Positions 54,688-64,000 of a DNA stretch of 64,000 nucleotides are shown piece by piece. The position numbers and the translations under genes were made by a program. Every line of letters starts with the position of its first letter. Within the stretch, counting starts at the first letter, position 1. Location of the stretch: NCBI GenBank assembly GCA_009103225.1, contig RHPI01001616.1, forward strand, positions 18,778 to 82,777. Reading direction: 5' to 3'. Below the pieces are notes generated by a model, which was given only the letters and a program-made list of their open reading frames with translations, made no database searches and had not been told where the DNA came from. This DNA comes from Chlorokybus atmophyticus (taxonomy: Eukaryota; Plantae; Mesostigma and Chlorokybus algae).

Positions 54688-56423
54688 CGAGCAAGTGAAA
54701 ACTGGTGAAGTGCTTTGTCGTGTCAAACTTGGTTGTGATGAGACTTGTGCTGTAGCGAGACGACTCGCTGGCTTCGCTGTCTGTATGTAGCCCTTTCCCC
54801 ATTGTATAGAGCCGTGTATGTACCAATAGCTGCGTGTATGAAGCGTGCATTGTGTCCTGTGGATGGGTTTTGCAAGTCTGCATTGCGCATGGTGCTGCCT
54901 GCATGCTTCACTGATCAGCCATAACCAGATTGAATGGTATCGCCAAGGACCATTCTGCTCGTTGTCCTGTTTAACCATCTTGTGCTGAGGTTGTGGTGTG
55001 ATCTTGAGGGCACGGGCATGCGGTGGTGCCACACAGCTGCATGTGTAATACCTCTACTGGCATGACAGTATAATATAAGTATGCATGCATATGGACAGTC
55101 CGTAGGCACATGCCACTGTACAGACCCGATGCATATCATGCAGGGACATGTTGCAAACATGAGCACGCCCTCATGCACAATATGCATGTTGCATGTGCCA
55201 TTGCACCCGTCGATGGCTGGCTGCAGCCTGAACAGTGATGCAACACAAGCCACAAGCACATTAAGATCTGCTTGTGTGTGATATTGTCCTGCTGAATTTA
55301 GGATACAGTTCCAGGGTATACTAAGCAGAAGGGCTCCACACCCTGCCAGCAGTATCTCCGAGACTGCCAAGCACGGGGTGGTGACCTCACAATGCATTCG
55401 TTTTGTGAGGCTGTCCACGTACAGGGCACACTTCTTGCAGGATATGGTGACTCTGTTGACAGAGATGTGCCAGGAAGGGTACGATAAGATTGCACTACTC
55501 TCAGTGTTGTGCAGATGGTGTGCGAGGCAACATGGACTGGTGCTTGACGGAACATACAACCATCTATTCCACTTGGTGAAGAGAAGGATGGACACGTAAA
55601 CCACGAGCAACAGGTAAGTACAGGTGAGTGCGAGGTGAGCCTTTGCGGGGAGCAGGATTCCTGCCCGCATTCAAGTCATGGTCCACTCTATGCATGCTGG
55701 TGTGCTGGTGTGCTTGAGTGCTCGAGTGATGGCGTGCTTGTCATGCTGGTGCATAGTTGGCTAGACTGTGACTTAGCTGACTCAGGTATCAATGGCTGCA
55801 CTAACGGCTCTATCGTACTAACTGCATGGCCTGCAGCCATTCCTAAGTGTCGCGCAGGTTGAAGTCAAGCAAGCGCGGCATTCAGACTGCGGGGCCCAGT
55901 CAGTCAACGTCGTCGTCGTCGTCTTCTCCTGCCCAGCCAGCTCCTGACACCTACGCCTCTGCTGCGCAGGTGGTGATCACTATCAACCTTGCCCTGCTCT
56001 GCCCTGCCCTGCTGGTCGCTCTACTGATCAGTCTAGTGTCGTATTAGTGTAGCGCTGCTCTGGGCCCCTGTTAAGTGTTTGTCTTCTTGTGTTGTGAGTT
56101 GGCGTGGGCTTGGTGTGTGGCACATTGCATTGCACATTGCATCTTAAGCTTTATATACTTCCAGTTTGCTGTGGCTGGTCAAAGCAATTGTGAACTTGCA
56201 CACAAATATACGTCCCAACAACAATCTTTGCACGCCCCCCACCCCCACCCCCCCCCCCACCCCCCCCCCCCACCCCCGCGCGCGCGCGCGAAACAAATGC
56301 GAAGGCGCTGAATGCGTCTGTACAAGTGCTGAACCAACCATTTGCTCTGTGGTCATGAACACTCAAGTGTAGCGTTCTTTGCTCCTGCAACACCCCCCTG
56401 TCTAGCAGCCTTGCCCTGGGATG

Positions 56424-56756
56424 CTACCCGGGATGCGCCTGCGTGATGCCACCTTGCCTCTGAAAGCCGCCTTGCTGCACACGCGCCTGCATAACAGGTC
56501 GCATGATGCAAGTTGAGTACCAACTGAATAAACGGTCCAACCTTTTCCCACCTTCTGTAGGAAGCGCTCTGAATGTATAAAGCTGTGTTTACTGACCTGT
56601 GCCTGCTGCATCTTCTGCCTCACGTACTCCGGGCCTTTCTCCGCCTCATCACAGATCAACTCCTCTCTGTGTAGCAAACTCACAACAGTCAGAGGCGTTG
56701 AGACTGCAACAGCGCTAGGTATTGATTGATTGACCAAGCCAACCATGCGGACACAT

Positions 56757-56790
<34 letters not shown>

Positions 56791-57834
56791 CATGCGTACG
56801 TGGATGTGTCTCGCGCAAGAGTGCTGCCCCTCACAATGACGATAACAACCATATACTCACAACACTCAACAAAACAACGCAACAAACACTCTAACTTACA
56901 TGGCAACGAACTGCATGAACTTGGTCAGCAGCTCGCGGTCGTCTTTGTAGACTGTCGTGACACGCGCCAGACACGCCAACCCAAACCTCCCATCTGTCAT
57001 GAGAGACACGAATGACCAATGTGTGACCTTTTTGACATCGTGTTTACGTTGGTCAACATATGATTATGTGTCTGTCTTCGAAAACCGCACAGGCTTTCAC
57101 CAAGAACCTTGATGTAGTTGCAGGAGAAGAGCTGCACTCACCAACTCCAATGGATTCAAAGAGCTTGGTTTGAAGCTTGTTGACCTGGTCTTCAACCACC
57201 TGGGAAACACACGCATGCACGCAAGCACGAAGACAGACACACACATTCAACACCTGGCTTGCTGTTTGTTGGACAACCATTGATCACCTCTCATTTCAAC
57301 TAATTCTCAAAGTGACACAAAACAGACATCGAACTTGCAAGGCATTGACTCAACCCAAAGTCTACCAAGCAAGCTAATCCTGTGTCCAAGCCCACCTTGC
57401 CGGTTTTTGCAGCTTCAGCCAGCTTGCTTTTCACCTCTGTTGGTTGCAATTCACAAAAAGGTTGTTAACGCCTTGGTGTTGTGAGTACTGGTCTCCATGA
57501 AATCCACCAGCTTCCAAACAGTTGTGTGTAGTACATTACAACCTTGTATTTATAACAAAGCAGGGGGAGCATGCCACCAGAACTCCAAACGTGTAACGAC
57601 GTGTTGTGAGCGAACGATACAGCCACTCTCTCACCTGGATTGGAGTACAACTTCACGCATGCCTCCATGAACTCCATCAGCTTCTCTCTGACAGACACAC
57701 ATGTGATAAGGTTATAAGCAAGTACAGTCACACATGCTTACACTCTTCACACATAAGAATCGCACACAAATTTAAACCACAAGGCAGTAAGTCGACACGC
57801 TGCACGCCATCACACTTACTCACTTGCTGAGCAT
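56424..57834 (-). CDS. Small conserved plant protein, At5g16060-like family; 3' end uncertain
   Basis: Spliced: MLSK|EKLMEFMEACVKLYSNP|EVKSKLAEAAKTGK|VVEDQVNKLQTKLFESIGV|DGRFGLACLARVTTVYKDDRELLTKFMQFVAI|EELICDEAEKGPEYVRQKMQQAQ|..., with consistent phases. The family assignment is from memory of plant sequences. Confidence 0.7.
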
Positions 57835-58323
57835 GCCATCTCGCTGAAGAGCAGGCGCGTCAGCCTGACCCTCTCCCGCACCTCCACCCAAACCCACCGC
57901 CTGCTGAAGCCAACCAAGCCAAGACGACTCTGCCGCCATCGCCGCCAACAATTACAACGACAACAATAACATCCGCAACAACCAGAACAGCAACTAACAC
58001 TTGGAGCAGAGCAGGCGAGTTGGGTTCTGGGTCTAAACTTAGGGCTCTAATTGAGGTTCGGGACCTTGGGTCCTGAACCCAACCCTAAAGCCGAACCCTA
58101 ACGCAGAAAAAACGGGAAAAAGGGCAATTCAGCTGCTGACACCTCCGCCGCCTCCGCTGACAACAGCGAGCTGGGAGAGGAGGACAAGGAGAAGGAGGAG
58201 GAGGAGGAGTGGGCTTGTGCGTGCCTTCTACCTTTGTCAACCGTGCTTGCTGTGTTTCACCGTTGTGTGGTTTTGGGTGCTGTGTGAGTTCAAAAGTCAG
58301 GCAAGACGGAGGGCCTGGTGAAG
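57835..58323. promoter_or_regulatory. Putative bidirectional promoter (At5g16060-like/DCN1) with CCCTAA motifs and a hairpin
   Basis: Start codons 490 bp apart; TTAGGG at 58039, CCCTAA at 58083 and ~58097, and GGTTCGGGACC/GGTCCTGAACC inverted arms between them. Confidence 0.55.
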
Positions 58324-60600
58324 ATGATGCGGCGGTCCTCCAGGAAGGCGCCGGCCACAAGCACCGCCGCCGCCCCCTCAGGTCACACACACCTTACCTC
58401 TGCATGCGTACGCGCATGTGACGGGACACACTGTTTGCTTACCCAACAGAAGTAGTGAGTGAGACAGCTTCTCTGTCTGTGCGCTTGCTATCTATGTGTG
58501 TGCGCAAAGTACAGCTGCTTGTGCTTGGGTCCTTTGTTGCGATGTGATACTAGTGCACATGTGCTGTGTTGGTAGAACTTGCAAGCTTGAAGTGCTGTCT
58601 CCTCAAGCCAGGCATGTATAGTTTGTTGATCCGTGTCTAGCAGGAGGGAGCAGGGCGGCGAAGGAGTTGGAGAAGATCGATGGTGTTTTCGCCAAGTATA
58701 CTGACCCAAACGATCCCGAATCAATTGGGTAAGCAGCAGTAGTAGTAACCTATCAGATCAGCCAAGCAATCCACTAGGTAGAGATTGGGAGGCGTTAGCT
58801 GAAAGCAGTCAGCAGTAAGCACCAAATAGTAAGCACTGAAGCAAGCAGTAAGCACTATTCAGTTGGTGAGCAGTAAGCAACAGCTGTAAGCTCTATGCTG
58901 TACGCAGTTTGCAGTATGCAGAAAGGCGTAAGCAGCAGGAAGTTCGTGTTGTACGCACTGAATGTAAGCCGTCAGGAGTAAGCCGTGTCCAATGCTTACT
59001 TCAGTCAGCAGTAATCAACAGTCATGGCAGTAGTAAGCACTGCGCCAACCATGCAGTAAGAAGCATTGTCATGCCATGGGCTTGCTGTCTCAACTGTTTT
59101 GGGGCCAGCACTGCAGTCTAGAACTACACATCACACAGAGCTTGTGGTGCGTAGTGAGTGATGAGACCTTGACTGAATCTTATGTCCTGCGTGCATGCGT
59201 GTTACCATTGCAGGCCTGATGGGGTGGAGGCGCTGTGCAGCGATCTTGGGGTGTCGCCGGGGGACCTGTCGGTGCTGCTATTTGCATGGTGAGCATACGC
59301 AGCTTTGCATGTTCCGTTCTGTACATGCCAGCTACACTCCTGATATCACATGCAGTCAGCAGTTGCATGTGCGTGATCAGGAGAGTAGATGGCATGCGCA
59401 TGAGTATGATGGTGTCAGAAACAGAGTGCATTCCATGCACACGGTCACGTCTACTGTCAGCATTGTGCCTGCCCTGTGTTAACTCACTGCTTCAACTGTA
59501 CTTTCTTTAACGTATTTTGCGAATCTGTTGCGCATCGATGTCTCCCTTTGATTTGGATTCATTGTGTACGTATGTTTGTGTGTCTCAGGAAATTGGGGGC
59601 AGAGCGCATGGGTTACTTCTCACTGGTACAGTGCAACCTCCCTCCCGTTGATGTTGGCAAGCCTGTTGTGCGGTGTCATTGTGCTCATGTGGTCAATCTC
59701 AGGAAGAGTGGAGGAGAGGTTTGAGGGCCATGCGAGTAGATAGTTTGGACAAGTTGAAAAAGGCGCTCCCGTCCTTAGAAAGCGAGGTGACAAGTTGTTC
59801 CAATTTGTTCTTAACACTATTCTCTTCACAGCCAGTTGCACTTACCCTATTATGCTGCCGCAGGTTCGATACTCCAGCGCATATCAAGACTTCTACACAT
59901 TTGCTTTCCAGTACTGTTTGACAGGTACACTGTGCAAGTCGATTGTGGACATTAGCCTTTTCAGTGACAGCTTTATGGCACTTCAATCTCACCTGTGAGG
60001 GAGAGTTTGTCCACAAAGCAAATGGGCCCAATGCACACGCGCGCCAGCGCTCACACTTACACACATGCACGCATGCGCTCGCACCCAAAAGCAAAAGGAC
60101 CCAAAGCGCGATTGTTTCAATGCACTGTTTTGCTGCAGAGCCGCGACAAAAGACGCTGGATCTGGACACGGCGTCCCAGATGTTGTCGCTGGTCATGAAA
60201 GGCAGGCCGCATCTCGAGGACTTTGTTCAGTTCCTTCACACGCAGTCAGAGTACAAGGCCATGAATCAGGACCAGTGGCTTGGGTTCCTACGGTTGTCTG
60301 ATGAGGTAACCCTTTGTTGTGTTCTCTCTGCAGCTTGATATGTTGTGTGAGTTACTACACTGTGCTATGTTTATATACAGTGGCATATAGCGACTATATA
60401 TATGTAGTTACTACAGTATACCTGAGTGGTTATACTGGAAATACGATTATGGCTGATGAGGTATGACAGTGTGTTGAGGTACCTTTGTTCATGCTGTGCA
60501 GGTGAAGACGGATTTTTCAAACTATGATGAGAACCAAGCATGGCCGTTGTTAATGGACAACTACGTTGACTGGGGAAGGGATCGGCGACAGCGCTCATAG
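58324..60600 (+). CDS. DCN1: DCN1-like cullin neddylation factor, type lacking the UBA domain (DCUN1D4/5-like)
   Basis: MRRSSRK..|KELEKIDGVFAKY..IG|PDGVEALCSDLGV..LLFAW|KLGAERMGYF|EEWRRGL..LDKLKKAL|FYTFAFQYCLT|E.QKTLDLDTA...NQDQW..F|NYDENQAWPLLMDNYVDW; 8 exons. Confidence 0.94.
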
Positions 60601-60699
60601 CCCGCGCTGTGTAGTTGTGCTTTACTTGTTGTAGGTGCGTAGATTAGGGCCAATTCTTTCTGTACTCTGCACGCGAACTGTCAGCAGCAACAAGCTTTT

Positions 60700-63600
60700 G
60701 TAAGTGTATGTCGTTGATCAATGTTGGCCATTCATCACACTGTAAAACTGCAATTGGGTTGTATGTATCTTGGGGGGCGGGGGGGGCGGACACGTTGTCT
60801 TAATTTGGGCGGGGGCAAATTACATGTACAAAAGCTGCACCCACCCTCGTATGATACATAAACATGATGTGCATTCGTGACAGCCGCAAGATGTATTTAA
60901 TTGCTCATGTTGCACGGATACGATGTTGCATGTGTCACTTCACATCAACATTTTTTGCTAACATGCGCGTTTGTCTCAATGGATGCAGCTTGTTATGTGT
61001 TAGACTAGTAATGTGACATAACTATTTGACAACAATATGTGTGGTGGCGCCGACATCAAGCATATCATTGTTGCACATTTATACATGTATATTGTATGTC
61101 ATGCGGGTCTTTCATGGTACTCGCATTGTTCGCATACTGTAGACGAAGTCCTCAAAGACCAATATGTTTCATTACAATGCACACCATAAGCGCCTTTTTG
61201 ATAAAGCATTTCTTTATATACACACCTGCATGGGTGCGTGTAGCGCGTGATGATATTCAACGTCGCGCACAGTTTCTGACATGCACGTCAACTGCCACGA
61301 ATAGGCAGAAGGAGTGGCAATAATCATTGCTGATGTGTATGCAATCATTACTATTACAACATCCAGGATGTCGTAATGGATCAAAGAATGTACCATATAA
61401 TAAGTAATTATATATATGATATATATGTGTGAGTTGTATTGTATGCAATATGTATGACCACAATGTTATGGACTATAACTTATGGTGTTATGCTTCATGC
61501 TTACACATACACGTATAGGTATGTCACTGCCATGGTCGTCAATGTTCAACAGTGATGTAGGTCTAACTCTACATCCAGACGTGTTTTTAGGTTGGGTGAG
61601 GCAATTGCTACTGTCGATGCTTTGCATATAGGTTGAATAGTTGCAATCAGAAGTAATTACCAGTACATCGCCGAGGCCGTTGGCCATCTCCTGTAGATCT
61701 TGCGCGGGCCAACCGTCTCGTGCATGCGGCACGCCAACACGCCAATTGCTTCACTACACCTTCACTATGATCAATGAGCTTGAGCTTACCTTTGGTGGAT
61801 GCATGTTACCATACAACCGGAGAGCTCCTGCTTCAACGATGATAATAAGGTCGTCTCTATTGATCAAGCAAAAGGCTGCTTTAACTTGCGCCTGCATCAT
61901 ACTATAATGCAGGCAAGGTATGACCGTGCATGCGTGCATGCGTGCGTGCGTGTGTGTGTGTGTGTGTATGCCTTCCTTGTTGGGTTCCCAAACCACGTGT
62001 CATATGGTATGATATGTGTTGTTTGCTGTCACATAAATAAGCAATACATATAAACTTGCAAGATCGTTGTACACAATGTATCAAACATGTTGAAACACGC
62101 GCCATATGGTGTTTATGACGATATCTTTATAAACACATATGTGTACATATGTATTACACGATAATGTCATGTATTAATTTACACATACAAGCATCGTCAC
62201 AGTTCAGCCCTTTCTGATGCATACGCAATTAACAAAATGGTATAATATTCGCCCGGGACAAATATGTGACCTACAGCATGCGACTTTTCAAGCAGTATGA
62301 GCAGAAACTGAGGGAAAATACTCGAGGCCATTAATTAAATGATGGTTTCATTAAGGAAACAAGACATGTTATTGACATTAATATCCCACTGTTCATCTCA
62401 AGATTTTAAAGTTTGCAAAATACACTTTGATCCCTTATCTCGCACCCCAACTTTGAATGTTTTGGAATAGCCTTTTTGTCTTCATGTGTTTGTCATAGTG
62501 AACATGCAAATGATACCATAATACCATAATATTGCTTTCATTCCTTTTGTCAACACGCACGCATGCGCGGTGCTGGCAAGCTAAAAATTCTCTGCCTTCG
62601 TTTATGCTTGCCCCTTCCCTCCTTAAGCATGCTCCCTTGCCGCACAAAGAGAGCGGCTCTCTAGGTGGTCTGGGCTGGTGCACTTAGCCTAGCATAATGG
62701 CCCCCCACCCATCTTGCTAGCTCGCTTGCCGTTTCATGCCAAATTATGTATCCACACCGTGTAGATGTGACATGTGTGTGGCTCACACACATGTGTGGAG
62801 GCTCGGAGCCAGTGGCTCGGAGCCAGTGGCTCAGAGCCACTGTTAGATGGCTTGATTACCAACCAAGTAGTAGTACTGCAAAGAAAGTGGCTACCAGCCC
62901 TTTGTGGTTGACCATAGCGTCGGGCGATTGTGGGCATGTGTGCATGGTGTGAGCAATTGGTGTGCGTTTTCTACACCATGTGCCATTGTAATGCCATTTA
63001 TGTGGTCTTGTATCTCTGCGAGGCCCGCGCTGTGCTACCGTAGCACAGCTGTGACAGCCATCCGTTGCACCGCTATGTCATAGGCAGTGCACACACACAC
63101 ACACACCGCTAGTGTGCTGACACTGCGTGCGGGAGTGACATAGGTGCTCGTTTTCACATCTAGCATGCCAGTGCAATCAACCTCTTCTATACGCGCGTGC
63201 GCATGCACAAGTAACGACGCATTATTTGTTGTTAACAACTTATTACTGGTGCATACAATGTTTTAAACATTACGCACATATGGGTACGTTGAAGTAGCAA
63301 AGTTACATATGAAGTGCAGTTGTACATGCAAATCATTAGGGTAAAAGCATTATATTGCAAGCAAATGTGGTAAACAAGCAAAGATTAAAGCGGCAGGGGT
63401 AGTACTTGACATTCGCAAATCTTTTCAAATTGAAAAAGTATAGCTTAAGCTCACCATGTGCATAGGCAAGACCGACTGCTAGACCCAACTCAGACCAAAG
63501 CAATGCGTGCATGTGTGCATGCAATTCCTTGCATATCATAGCGAGGTACAGGTGGTAGAGCGAGTAAGGTATGACAAATAACCTGCAAAGAGGAAAGGCG

Positions 63601-64000
63601 AGTGGAACTTTCGCAGCAAATGACTTCAGCGCTTTGAGGGGGTGACGGCAGTGTCTTGGTGTGCAATATGAACACATACGGTATATTCATAATCATCTAT
63701 ACTCTGTCAACGTGTCGTTCATAAATGTGAACACACATTGTAGTGAATGTAACCATGTATCATTACACCACATGTATAACGAGTCATAAAAAGTCATTCA
63801 CATCACAATAATAAACATACAATGCACATGAGAATGCATACAAGCTACATATAATCACATTGTTTATCAATAGTAATGTAATACCATGTTTGGTTCTATT
63901 CACAGTGTGAGGTTGTAGTGTAAATGTATCATAAACGTTTCTTCCGCTTGTATTGTGGCAATTGATGCAGCAAAACCAACATCAGGATTTTTACATGCCA
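60700..64000. other. AT-richer, gene-poor segment with scattered exon-like pieces on the minus strand; unassigned
   Basis: AG/GT-bounded stop-free pieces occur at e.g. ~61905-61800 (AQVKAAFCLINRDDLIIIVEAGALRLYGNMHPPK) and ~61310-61225, but no recognisable motif or coherent phase chain was found. Confidence 0.3.

Noticed and set aside
54915-55670. 251-aa minus-strand ORF downstream of APX3
   Set aside because: Composition looks non-coding and there is no recognisable domain or convincing start context.
55847-56047. Possible extra exon (plus-strand TM-like ORF, or minus-strand VSGAGWAGEDDDDDVD*)
   Set aside because: It could not be linked in phase to a gene with confidence.
57120-57700. MED21 or SRP9 assignment for the small minus-strand gene
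   Set aside because: Similarity was limited to single exons; the fully spliced product fits the At5g16060-like family better.
62248-62259. 12-bp reverse-complement match to the right arm of the poly(C) element (TATTCGCCCGGG)
   Set aside because: Matches of this length are expected by chance in 64 kb.

Overview
Eukaryotic nuclear DNA, intron-rich, probably from a flagellated streptophyte green alga. This is inferred from a plant-type peroxisomal APX3, plant-like DCN1/SNAPIN/At5g16060-type proteins and a CFAP97-like flagellar gene. About 13 spliced or single-exon protein genes can be assembled by hand: a PLAT-lipoxygenase-fold protein (5' end outside the window), BUD22/SRFBP1-like, organellar RPL33, LCM/TIGR00027 methyltransferase, SNAPIN with a long tail, CUSTOS-like, CFAP97-like, proteasome alpha-6, COQ5, a ~2,300-aa acidic protein, APX3, an At5g16060-like protein and DCN1-like. 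Most lie in tight head-to-head pairs, and many introns are built from alternating purine/pyrimidine DNA. A nested transposon island occupies 26.1-35.0 kb. A ~475-bp TRIM with 89-bp LTRs carries an 8.4-kb chromodomain Ty3/gypsy element, which in turn carries a 1.5-kb TIR DNA transposon and a 1.0-kb solo LTR; each layer has its own target-site duplication. The strongest novelty candidates are two. First, an intact lipoxygenase-fold gene in which every iron ligand is substituted (a pseudoenzyme). Second, the gypsy element whose two ends are ~270-bp inverted repeats rather than direct LTRs. All exon structures and family assignments come from manual reading and remembered motifs, not database searches. 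No CRISPR, rRNA or tRNA genes were seen.
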